DNA of 64,000 nucleotides from Nannocystis bainbridge (lineage in GTDB: Bacteria; Myxococcota_A; Polyangia; Nannocystales; Nannocystaceae), in contig NZ_JAQNDL010000004.1 in the NCBI RefSeq assembly GCF_028368995.1, positions 192,001 to 256,000 on the forward strand. The letters are read 5' to 3'. Below are positions 37,977 through 46,855 of this stretch, in pieces (positions within the stretch are counted from its first letter, which is position 1; each line of letters starts with the position of its first letter). The translations under genes and the position numbers were made by a program. The notes under the pieces are model-generated. The model worked only from the letters and a program-made list of their open reading frames with translations, did no database searches and was not told the DNA's origin.

Positions 37977-40100
37977 TCACCGCTGTCGGGCGCGGCACCG
38001 GGCCTCGGCGGCGCGCGCTCGTGCGGCCTCCTCGTGGCGGCCCATCGCCTCCATCAGGGCCGCGGCGCGCGCGTAGTGGTCGGCGGCCTGCTCCGGCGGC
38101 AACATCTGCTCGTCCGCGTGGGCCGACGCGAGCAGGAAGGGCAGCGCGCGCTCCACCTCGCCCGCCTCCATCCAGTGGTGGGCGAGGTGGATGGGCGGGG
38201 CCCCGTCCTGCTCGAGCGCGTGGGCGAGGCGAATGTGCAGGGCGCGGGCGGCCGCGGGCGGCGTGCTGGCCAGCACCTCCTCGAGCACCAGGTCATGGCT
38301 GAAGCGCTCGCCCATCAGCACCTGGGCGGCCTCGAGCTCGGCGAAGGCGCTCTGGAGGGCGGTGGGGGTCACCTCGAGCGCGCCGGTCACGAGCGCGGCC
38401 CGGAACTGCGGCCCCGCCAGGGCGGCGAGCTGGGCGATCTGCAGGGCCAGCGGCGACAGCCGCTCCAGGCGGCGCTGGATCAGCGGGCCGATCCGGCCGG
38501 GGGGAGGCAGGCGCTGCGGCCATTCCTTGTGCAGCGCGTCGGTCTCGATCAGGTGCTTGAGGGTCTCGATGATATAGAGCGGGTTGCCGCCGGTGTAGCG
38601 GGCCAGGGCGTCGGCGTGCAGGTCGGCGCCGGGCAGCTCCAGGCTGGCCACCATCTGGCGCACCTCCTCGGCGGAGAGCGGGCCGATGTCGACGAGGCGC
38701 GCCGCCCCTGATCCCACCAGCCCACGGACGATGGCCTCCGAATAGGGGGGCATCTCGCCGCGGCGGTAACAATCGATATAGCAGGGCATGGGGCTGTCGG
38801 CGGCGCGGGTGTCCATCATGCGCGTGAAGGCGTAGGTGAAGGTCCTGGCGCTGGCCTTGTCCCAGTACTGCACGTCATCGACCACGACGGTGTTGGCGCC
38901 GGCGTTCATGCGCCGCATCGCCTCCACCTGGGCCTCCTGGAAGCGCAGCTCGTCGATCTCGGAGACGAGCGGCGGCAGCCCGCGCGGGTCGCCGAGCTCG
39001 GGCATGATGCGCGAGACCTCGGCGCGCACCCACTCGGGCAGCGTCAACCCGGGTCGCTGTCGCATGTGGCTGCGGTAGGCGCGGGCCTGGGCGGCGAACG
39101 GGACCTCCTGGTCGCCCAGGCGCCCCTCGATGCGGAGCCACGGCCCCTTGGAGGCGGCGAACTCCTCGGCGAGGCGCGACTTGCCGCTGCCGGGGTCGCC
39201 GGTGATGAACAACATCTGGCCGGCCTTCCAGCCGTCCTCGAGCTGCCGCCAGGTGGCCTCGCGGCCGGCGAGCACCGGCGGCCGCAGCACCGACAGGGGC
39301 AGGGACGGGCGGGGCGCGGCCTGGGGACGGGGGAGCTGGGTGCCTCGCTCGATCTGCCGCACCAGGGCCAGCGTCTCGGCCATGGGGGCGACGTCGAGCT
39401 CGCGGGCGAGGATCGAGCGCAGCCGCTCGAAGGCCGCGAGGGCGGCGCCACGGTCTCCCCGCAGGTAGTGCAGGCGGATGAGGTGGCGGCCGGCCTGCTC
39501 GGACTCGGGCTCCTGCTGCACCCAGGCCAGGGCGAGGGTGAGGGCGGCCGTCCAGTCACCCTCGGCCATGTGGCGCTCGATCTCCGCCTCCCGGGCCTCG
39601 CGCACCCAGCCGTCCACGGCGGCGCGGGCTCCGTCGAGCCAGCGCGCCAGCTCGGGGCAATCGTCGAACTCGAAGCCGGCCAGCAGCGGACCCGCGCCGT
39701 CGGGGGGCAGAGCTTCGAGGGCCCCGGCGTGGTCACGGGCCAGGGCGGCGGACTTCAGCAGCGCGACGTCGACCCGCAGCGAAGGCCCGAGCGCCAGACG
39801 CTCGGCGTCCGCCTCGACCACCTCCGTGCCCCCGCACGCCAGGCGCAGGCGACGCAAGAGCTGGCGCATGTTGTTGCGGGCGGTGGCGTGGGGCGAATCG
39901 GGCCACAGCAGGCCGGTCAGGGTCGCCTTGGGGGCGGGTCCTTCCAGCCCCAGATAGGCCAGCAGCGTGGCGGCGCGTCGCTCCAGCCTCGCTCGCGACT
40001 GCGCAGGGCCCTCCAGCCGCGCCAGCCCCAGCACCCGTGCCGTCCATGCCTCCGTCCTGACCACCGTCGGCTCTCCTGGCGGGCGTCCCGCGGCCGTCAC
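37977..40100 (-). CDS. SARP/AfsR-family transcriptional regulator (winged-helix DNA-binding domain plus BTAD plus P-loop NTPase plus TPR)
   Basis: BTAD (HLIRLHYLRGDRGAALAAFERLRSILARELDVAP), Walker A (FITGDPGSGKSRL) and C-terminal TPR-like helices. The start may be one of the GTGs at 40100 or about 40064. Confidence 0.85.
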   Translation of the reverse strand: MTAAGRPPGEPTVVRTEAWTARVLGLARLEGPAQSRARLERRAATLLAYLGLEGPAPKATLTGLLWPDSPHATARNNMRQLLRRLRLACGGTEVVEADAERLALGPSLRVDVALLKSAALARDHAGALEALPPDGAGPLLAGFEFDDCPELARWLDGARAAVDGWVREAREAEIERHMAEGDWTAALTLALAWVQQEPESEQAGRHLIRLHYLRGDRGAALAAFERLRSILARELDVAPMAETLALVRQIERGTQLPRPQAAPRPSLPLSVLRPPVLAGREATWRQLEDGWKAGQMLFITGDPGSGKSRLAEEFAASKGPWLRIEGRLGDQEVPFAAQARAYRSHMRQRPGLTLPEWVRAEVSRIMPELGDPRGLPPLVSEIDELRFQEAQVEAMRRMNAGANTVVVDDVQYWDKASARTFTYAFTRMMDTRAADSPMPCYIDCYRRGEMPPYSEAIVRGLVGSGAARLVDIGPLSAEEVRQMVASLELPGADLHADALARYTGGNPLYIIETLKHLIETDALHKEWPQRLPPPGRIGPLIQRRLERLSPLALQIAQLAALAGPQFRAALVTGALEVTPTALQSAFAELEAAQVLMGERFSHDLVLEEVLASTPPAAARALHIRLAHALEQDGAPPIHLAHHWMEAGEVERALPFLLASAHADEQMLPPEQAADHYARAAALMEAMGRHEEAARARAAEARCRARQR

Positions 40101-40137
40101 GCTCCCGTCACCCCCCCCTCTGCATATAGACCTGCCC

Positions 40138-40156
40138 GCAATGCATCAAGCATTGC
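40138..40156. promoter_or_regulatory. perfect inverted repeat GCAATGC-ATCAA-GCATTGC in the divergent SARP/AraC intergenic region
   Basis: Seen directly within a locally AT-richer 116-bp intergenic region. Candidate shared operator. Confidence 0.4.
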
Positions 40157-40216
40157 CGCGCAGGAAAACTCTCATAGAGGGCCGGGGCGCGCCTCCGGTC
40201 GGGAAGGAAGCCCGCT

Positions 40217-41113
40217 TTGAAGCAAGCGACGGGACTCGCCGAGTATCGAAGCTCACCCACCGGCTCGTACGTGGTTTCGACCTCGTTCATGGTCTGGTGC
40301 GCGGATCCGGGGTTCCACGGGATGGCCCTCTGGGGTCGCCCGGGCGAGCCGGAGATCCGGCATCTGTGCCGGTTCCTGGACGTGGAGGTGCGTCGAGAGG
40401 CCGTACCGCACGCCTCGCTCGTCGACCTGCGCCGGCTCGAGAGCGTCGATCCGCTCGCGTTCGTGGCGTTCGTCGACCACCTGCAGGCCCGCGCGCCGCT
40501 CTACCGCGAGCTCGTGACGTGCCAGGCGCGGGTCCGCCCGAACGGCCTGCCCGACGCGCTGGTGGCCGGCTTCGACAAGCTCGTCCGCCCCTCGCACCCG
40601 GTCGCGGTCCACGCGTCGCTCGGCGAGGCGCTCGCGTGGCTCGGCCGCGGCGATCGTTCGGGCCTGGCCGAGGAGCTCGACGCGATCGTGGCCGCCGCCA
40701 TGGGCGAGCTGAATTGCGGGCAGCGCCTGCGGCGAGTGCTGGTGCCGCCGCTATCGGAGGTGACGCTCGACAGCGCGGCGCGGCAGCTCGGGCTGTCCAC
40801 GCGGACGCTGCAGCGCCGGCTCCGCGACGAGGGCACGAGCTTTCAGGCGGAGCACGCTGCCGCGCAGGTGCGGGCGGCGCAGGCGATGCTGCGAGACCCG
40901 GCGCTGACGCTGACGACGATCGCCCTCGAGGTGGGGGCGAGCTCGCTCGCCAACTTCAGCACGATGTTTCGCCGGCGGACCGGCGAGGCGCCGAGCGCGT
41001 GGCGACGACGCGTGCGCGGAGCCGCGGAGGCGGGCGCGAGAGGGGCGCCCGCGGGGGCCCGCGATGCCGGCGCTGGCGCGATCGAAGATCGCGGGGGTGG
41101 ACGACGTGCGTGA
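40217..41113 (+). CDS. AraC-family transcriptional regulator
   Basis: C-terminal HTH_18 (LDSAARQLGLSTRTLQRRLRDEGTSFQ...TLTTIALEVGASSLANFSTMFRRRTGEAPSAWRRR). Confidence 0.85.
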   Translation: MKQATGLAEYRSSPTGSYVVSTSFMVWCADPGFHGMALWGRPGEPEIRHLCRFLDVEVRREAVPHASLVDLRRLESVDPLAFVAFVDHLQARAPLYRELVTCQARVRPNGLPDALVAGFDKLVRPSHPVAVHASLGEALAWLGRGDRSGLAEELDAIVAAAMGELNCGQRLRRVLVPPLSEVTLDSAARQLGLSTRTLQRRLRDEGTSFQAEHAAAQVRAAQAMLRDPALTLTTIALEVGASSLANFSTMFRRRTGEAPSAWRRRVRGAAEAGARGAPAGARDAGAGAIEDRGGGRRA

Positions 41114-41313
41114 CTCGTACTCGTGTCATTCGCCGATCCATGCGAGACGAGAAGAGTGCGGCGGCGGACGACGTGCGTGACTCGCACTCGTGCCATTCGC
41201 CGGACCGATGCGAGGCGAGCAGAGCCCGCGGCCTCTTCGCTCTCACAGCGCGAGACGCCCCGTGTCCGGTCGTCCCGGCCACGGAGCGTCTGGCGCTCAC
41301 CTCGGAGCGAGCG

Positions 41314-41673
41314 TCAGGGCCAATCGTCCCTGCACTTGTAGCATTGCGTCAGGGTCGCGCACGGACCCGGCGTGGCTTCGGGATCCTTACAAGTGATAAA
41401 GACGGTCTGGCAAAGACCGAACGGGGGGGTCCACTGCTCGCAAGTCTGCGACAGCGCGAGGCTGCTGCCGCTGACCACGTCCAGCTCGGTCTCGAAGGCG
41501 CTCTCGCGGACCTCGTCGTCGCTCTGGGCCTCCTGGGCCTCGGCGAGGAGCTCGAGCTCCGCGTCGTCGAGCTGGAGCAGCGCGTCCTCGGCCTCGAAGC
41601 CTTCGTTCGCGTCGCAGCCGGTGAAGCACGCGACCGAGAGCATCATGGCAAGCAAAGTATGCATGGCTTTCAT
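41314..41673 (-). CDS. small Cys-containing acidic lipoprotein
   Basis: MKAMHTLLAMMLSVACFTGC lipobox, an acidic linker and a C-terminal Cys cluster (CEQW...CQTVFITC...CATLTQCYKC). Lower-GC start. The upstream ORF extension is artefact. Confidence 0.55.
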   Translation of the reverse strand: MKAMHTLLAMMLSVACFTGCDANEGFEAEDALLQLDDAELELLAEAQEAQSDDEVRESAFETELDVVSGSSLALSQTCEQWTPPFGLCQTVFITCKDPEATPGPCATLTQCYKCRDDWP

Positions 41674-42047
41674 GAATGATAGCACTTCTCGCTCACGCCG
41701 ATCACGGGGGCTCGCGTGAGCGCTGGTTGTGATTCCCCGTTGCATTGGATATAGCAGGCCCCTCGCCGGCACCGCTTCTGCGATCCCGCCAATCGCTTCT
41801 GCGAACGCGCCATTCGGGGCCGGTCGCTGCATTCGGCGGGCACGGCCCTGGCGAATGGACACCTCGCTCGCGCGTGCCCGCCGGTCCGAAGTCCGCGGCG
41901 CGGGGCCGACCGCTCTCGGAGGCGCGAAAACAGCCCGAAGGTTTTTTGGATCGCAAGCGGGGGGTCGCGGCTCTTCACCCTGCGTCGAGCGACCCGCGGC
42001 GACCACCGCGGCCGCTCCAACCCTCTTCAACGATTCAAGACGCCATC

Positions 42048-43313
42048 ATGTCCACCACCGCTACCATCGACACCCCGACCCAGATCCAGACCTTCGCGCT
42101 GACGCAGTTCGCCGGCGCCGCCCAGGCGCAGTCGCTCCCGGATCTCGGCCCCGCCGCGTCCGAGCAGATCACCCAGGCCCTCCGCAACGCGGCCTCGACC
42201 ATCGGTGAGTGGCAGATCGTCTGGGGCCCCGCCGTGCTGACGATGGGCAATCCGCCGCACAGCGTGAACCTCATGTACGTCGTGAAGAACGCCGCCGATC
42301 CGTCGCAGTACGTGATCGCCATCGCCGGCACCAACTTCAATTCGCTGATCGATTCGGTCCTCGAGGACCTGTTCGTGTTCGCGCAGGTGCCCTGGTTCTT
42401 CAACCCGCTCGCGGTGGGGGCCCAGATCTCGCTCGGCGCGGCGATCGGCCTGCTCAACCTGCAGAACATGAAGCCCGACGCCCAGCTGCCCGGCGGCGGC
42501 CGCACGCTCGTCGAGTTCCTCCGGACGATCGTGAGCCAGAAGGTGCAGATCACCGTCGCCGGCCACAGCCTCGGCGGCGCGCTCGCGCCGGTGGTCGCGC
42601 TGTGGCTCGCCGACACGGCCCAGGGCCAGCAGTCCGCCTGGGATCCGCAGCGGAACGCGACGATCGGCGTGGACACGTTCGCCGGCCCGACCCCCGGCAA
42701 CCTCGCGTTCTCGCTGTACGCGGGCCTCCGGTTCGGCAAGCGCCTCCGGCCCGTCTACAACACCCTCGATTGCGTCCCGCACGCGTGGCAAGAGTTCGGT
42801 GAGCCGTCGCTGTCCGAGCTGTTCTCCATCTACGCGCCCGACATCGCGCCCAAGATCGACGTCTCCTACGGCGCGCTGGCGGTGCTCATCGGCGTGTTCC
42901 AGCTGCTCGCCGCGAACCGCGGCTACACGCCGCTGCCCAACCTCGTGGCGATCCAGGGCACGTACACCACGGCGATCTACCAGGACCCGAAGCTCGACGC
43001 CTTCCACAAGTTCCTGCTTCAGGTCGGGTACCAGCATATCATCGGATACTACGGCCCCTTCCAATACCAGGCGAAATGGATGAAGCCGTCGACGCCGACG
43101 AGCATCTCCCAGGATCTCGCCGACCTCGCCAGCAACTCCGCGTCGGCCCAGGAGTTCGTGCAGGCGCTGCAGAACCGCCAGCCGAAGCAGATCCAGGTCG
43201 GCGGCGTGGTCGTCGACGCGCCGCGGGGCCCGGACGACCCGCAGACCGCACGCGTCTCGGCGATGGTCCAGGCCGCCCTCGCCGCGCAGGCGGGCGTGTC
43301 CGCGGCGCAGTGA
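42048..43313 (+). CDS. class 3 lipase family protein (alpha/beta hydrolase, GHSLGG nucleophile elbow)
   Basis: VAGHSLGGALAPVVALWL matches the lipase_3 serine motif. No obvious signal peptide after the internal ATG start at 42048. Confidence 0.75.
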   Translation: MSTTATIDTPTQIQTFALTQFAGAAQAQSLPDLGPAASEQITQALRNAASTIGEWQIVWGPAVLTMGNPPHSVNLMYVVKNAADPSQYVIAIAGTNFNSLIDSVLEDLFVFAQVPWFFNPLAVGAQISLGAAIGLLNLQNMKPDAQLPGGGRTLVEFLRTIVSQKVQITVAGHSLGGALAPVVALWLADTAQGQQSAWDPQRNATIGVDTFAGPTPGNLAFSLYAGLRFGKRLRPVYNTLDCVPHAWQEFGEPSLSELFSIYAPDIAPKIDVSYGALAVLIGVFQLLAANRGYTPLPNLVAIQGTYTTAIYQDPKLDAFHKFLLQVGYQHIIGYYGPFQYQAKWMKPSTPTSISQDLADLASNSASAQEFVQALQNRQPKQIQVGGVVVDAPRGPDDPQTARVSAMVQAALAAQAGVSAAQ

Positions 43314-43473
43314 ACCCCGCCGGCCCCGCCCCCGCGCCGGGGGCGGTCGGCGTACGCTTTCGGCCCGCCGCGATCCGCGAGCGGGCCGCCTCGCGATCGA
43401 GCACCGTGGCTCACCGCATACACGCGCGGGCCGTGATGGCAGGGCGCAGCCGGCGGGTGTAGGCTCGCGCGGC

Positions 43474-44292
43474 ATGAGCGATCGGGGCCGGAACGTCAGG
43501 AGCGCGTGGATCGTCCACGGGGTCGCGGTGGCGCTGTGGCTCGCGCTTTACTGGTACTTGTTCGGCGAGGCGCTGTTCCCGAAGGAGAAGCCGTGGCTCG
43601 ACCTCGAGGGGTTCGGCGCGGTGATCGCCCTGGAAGTGTTGCTCGGGTACCTGGTGGTGAGCTCGGTGGTGGTGCTGTTCGTCGGGCGCTGGCCGCTGGT
43701 GCCGCTGGTCATCCACGGGTTCGCGTTCACGATGTTTTGGGCGGGGACGGAGTCGATCGAGCAGGACAAACGCGAGCGGGCAGAGGCGCACGCGCTCGCG
43801 CAGGCGCGCGCGCGGGCGGAGGCGCAGCAGGAGCGAGAGCGCGAGGCGCAGGCGAAGCTGGCGTACGAGGCGGAGCAAGACCGCCTGGAGGCGCTGGAGC
43901 GCCAGCCGGAGGGGTGCCTGCACGTGCGCGAGCTGCGGGTGCAGGACGGGAAGAAGAAGCTGCGCGCCGAGGTGACGTTCGCCAACACGTGCGACAGCGA
44001 GGTGGAGGTCGACGACCTGACCTTGCTCGGGCAGGACCTCAAGGACGGCGAAGATGTCATCCGCCGGTGGGACGGGGACCGGGTGACTGTGCCGCGCGGA
44101 GGGACGGCGACGATGACGATCGAGGAGGTCGTGAGGCGCGGCGGCGATCGGTCGATCGCGCTGGCGAGGTGGGGCTGGGAGCTCAATGTCGAGGCCACGG
44201 CGCCGCGCTCGACGAGCCTGTGCTTCACCACGGGGAGCCCGGCGGTCGGGGAGACTTGCGCGCGCATCGAGAAGGTCACGGCCGCACCGTAG
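43474..44292 (+). CDS. hypothetical membrane protein (N-terminal transmembrane helices, coiled-coil E/A/R-rich segment, C-terminal globular part)
   Basis: Hydrophobic helices (VAVALWLALYWYLF, VIALEVLLGYLVVSSVVVLFV), then AEAQQEREREAQAKLAYEAEQ. Confidence 0.5.
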   Translation: MSDRGRNVRSAWIVHGVAVALWLALYWYLFGEALFPKEKPWLDLEGFGAVIALEVLLGYLVVSSVVVLFVGRWPLVPLVIHGFAFTMFWAGTESIEQDKRERAEAHALAQARARAEAQQEREREAQAKLAYEAEQDRLEALERQPEGCLHVRELRVQDGKKKLRAEVTFANTCDSEVEVDDLTLLGQDLKDGEDVIRRWDGDRVTVPRGGTATMTIEEVVRRGGDRSIALARWGWELNVEATAPRSTSLCFTTGSPAVGETCARIEKVTAAP

Positions 44293-44377
44293 CGGTCGCT
44301 CGTCGGGGTCACCAGCGTGCCGCGACGGACGCGGCGGCGGCTCGTCGGGAGCGGCTTGCGAGCCAGGAGGAAGGAAC

Positions 44378-45397
44378 ATGAGAGGGACACTCGGGAGCCG
44401 CGGAAAGGGGCTCCGCAAGCTCGGTCTCGGCGTGCTCGCGGTGCTCGCGGTGCTCGCGGTGGTCGGTGCCGTATACCAGCAGATCGGGCAGGCGCTCGAT
44501 CGACGCGCGGTCGTGCGGCCGGGACGCATGGTCGCGGTCGATGGCGCGGCGATGCATATCCATTGCACGGGAGCGGGCGCGCCGACAGTCGTCCTCGAGG
44601 CGGGTGCCTTCGGGTTCGCGCAGGTGTGGGCGCGGGTGCAGCCGCTCCTGGCCGAACGCGTCCGCGTCTGTTCGTACGACCGCGCCGGCCTCGGCTGGAG
44701 CGAGGACGCCGCCTCCCATGACGGCATCGCCGCGGTCACGCGACTCCGGACACTCCTCGCGGCTGCAGGCGAGCCCGGACCCTACGTGCTGGTGGGCCAC
44801 TCGCTGGGCGGCGCACTGATTCGGATCTTCGCCGCCCGCTACCCCGACGATGTCGTCGGCCTCGGCTTCGTCGACCCCTCACATCCCGACCAGCTCGAGC
44901 GCTTCCCCGCCGAGGCGCGCGAGGCCCACGAGCGCGTCACCAAGATCCTCGCGGTCGCCGCGAAGTTGTCGCACTTCGGCCTGCTGCGCCTGACCAACCC
45001 GCTCGGACGGCTGCACGCCGGCCTGCCCGCGGATGACTACCGCGCCGCCCGTATGTTCAACTCCGCGGCCCGCCACCTCGCGAGCTCGGCCGCCGAGTTC
45101 GGCGCATGGGACGCGACGATGCGCGCCGTCCGGGTCAACGACACGCTCGGCAATCGTCCCGTCGTGGTCATGAGTTCGAGCGAGCCGATGGAGGGGATGT
45201 CCCAGGACATCTTCGATCGCGGCCAGCAGATGCACGCCGAGATCGCGAGACTGTCCACGCGTGGGCAGCATAGGATCGTCGAGGCCAGCCATCACATGTC
45301 GCTATTGACCGAGCCCGAGCACGCACAGCGCGTTGCGGAGCTGCTCGGGGAAATGATCGCTGAGGCCGCACTGTCGCCCGATCAATCGCCTCCCTGA
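44378..45397 (+). CDS. alpha/beta-fold hydrolase
   Basis: An N-terminal transmembrane anchor, a GHSLGG nucleophile motif (VLVGHSLGGALI) and a catalytic His near the C-terminus (EASHHMSL). AGGAGG ribosome-binding site. Confidence 0.85.
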   Translation: MRGTLGSRGKGLRKLGLGVLAVLAVLAVVGAVYQQIGQALDRRAVVRPGRMVAVDGAAMHIHCTGAGAPTVVLEAGAFGFAQVWARVQPLLAERVRVCSYDRAGLGWSEDAASHDGIAAVTRLRTLLAAAGEPGPYVLVGHSLGGALIRIFAARYPDDVVGLGFVDPSHPDQLERFPAEAREAHERVTKILAVAAKLSHFGLLRLTNPLGRLHAGLPADDYRAARMFNSAARHLASSAAEFGAWDATMRAVRVNDTLGNRPVVVMSSSEPMEGMSQDIFDRGQQMHAEIARLSTRGQHRIVEASHHMSLLTEPEHAQRVAELLGEMIAEAALSPDQSPP

Positions 45398-45487
45398 AGG
45401 AGGCACGGAGCTCGAGAGGCCCCCAAGACCGGCCTGTTCTGAGCTCGTCTGTGTCTGTTGCTGCAGCGATTCCGCGGCGTCGCAGTT

Positions 45488-45736
45488 TCACTGGGCCGGC
45501 GCAGCCCCGGGCGCAGGCTTGCCATCGACGGTGAGGCGGCCGTACTGGTCGGCGAGGGTGTCGCGCCTGGCGCCGAAGATGCCCTGGAAGGCGAACATCA
45601 CCATCCACCCGAACAGGCCCGCAAAGAAGCCGATGATGAGTATCTGGAGGATCCCTCCGGTGGTGCGGACCGGTGGCCTGGAAGCTTCGAGCTCCCACTT
45701 GTTGTCGGCGATTTCGGCGGCGGACATGGCTAGCAC
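45488..45736 (-). CDS. small hypothetical membrane protein
   Basis: ILQILIIGFFAGLFGWMVMFAF transmembrane helix. Minus-strand third-position GC is high. Confidence 0.45.
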   Translation of the reverse strand: MLAMSAAEIADNKWELEASRPPVRTTGGILQILIIGFFAGLFGWMVMFAFQGIFGARRDTLADQYGRLTVDGKPAPGAAPAQ

Positions 45737-46242
45737 TCCTTGCGCCCGAACGCGAGCACAACCCCTCCTTGCACGAGGATCACGCGCGAAACAAGCATTC
45801 TGCGAATTTTGACGGCTCGTGCCCTATGAACATTGTTGCACATCACATTTATTGCATCCTGCGGCGCCACCGCAACATTCCTGGGGGCGGGCGTACCTCC
45901 AGGATGAGTCCACTCCGGCGTTGGACCCGCGATCCGGTCCTGGTGGTGAGCATGGGGAGCGCAGCGCGCGTCAGCTCCCGAGGCCAACTTGCAGAGAGCA
46001 GGCGGCGGTGCGGCGCGAGCTGGTGATCATGCACCACGAGGACGACCGCGAGCACCACCGCGCCCGCGTCGAGGCGGCAGGCGTTCGGCTCGCGGTGCCA
46101 AGCCGCGTCTACGACCTCGTGCTCGGCCAGCGCGTGGCGTGACGAGGAGCGAGGCCACGCGTGAGGCGGAGCGCGACCGGGCAGATTTCGCGTGACGCCG
46201 CCGGGCGGGACGTGCGATGCCGTGGTGGGTCACGCGGCCTCG

Positions 46243-46569
46243 ATGAAGATCCTGATCGCCACTCTCGGCTCGCACGGCGACGTGCAGCCCTACGTCGCCC
46301 TCGGCCAGGGCTTGCAGGCGGCCGGCCACGACGTGAGCCTGTGTACCTGCGAACACTTCACGGGCTTCATCCGCGAGCACGGGCTCGACTACCGGCCGAT
46401 GAACAACGACTTCGTGGACCTGGTGGCGTCGATGGAGGGCCGCGCCGCGCTGGAGGGCATGCAAAACCTGTGGGGCACGGTGAATCGCGGCATACGGGCC
46501 TCGGCCCCGTGCTCGCCGGCCGGCGTCCCGCTCGTCGGCTCCGCCGGATCCGGAGTCGAAGTGTATTGA
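46243..46569 (+). pseudogene. N-terminal fragment of an MGT/UGT-type glycosyltransferase (GT1 family), truncated after about 110 aa
   Basis: MKILIATLGSHGDVQPYVALGQGLQAAGHDVSLCT is the hallmark N-terminus of macrolide/sterol-type glycosyltransferases, which are about 400 aa long. Here the frame stops early. The 3-prime 290 bp show no continuation in any frame. Confidence 0.6.
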
Positions 46570-46855
46570 TTCAATCGGATGTCGCTCGAGACCGGCGCGC
46601 ACGAGCTTGGCGCCACGGCGATGATTCACGCGCTGGCGACCGATCGCGGCGAGTGCACGCTCCTCGGGACGATCACCCATGCACACGTCAGCCGCGCTGC
46701 ACGGTGAAGCGGCGCGCTCGATGGCCTGCGGCTCGGGCGTCCTCGGGCCGCGCCAGCCCTCGCGCCGAAGGTCGGCTCCTCGCCTCGTTCACCATCGCCG
46801 TCAGGACGGCGATTTGGATTGCGAGCGCGATCGAGGGGGTGGCAAAGTCCGGGTC

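Noticed and set aside
45780-45900. Sigma-54-type promoter (TGGCAC-N5-TTGC) in the AT-rich stretch upstream of 45488..45736
   Set aside because: The stretch contains ttgcacatcacatttattgca, but neither the GG nor the GC element is at the canonical positions, so the match is too weak to call.
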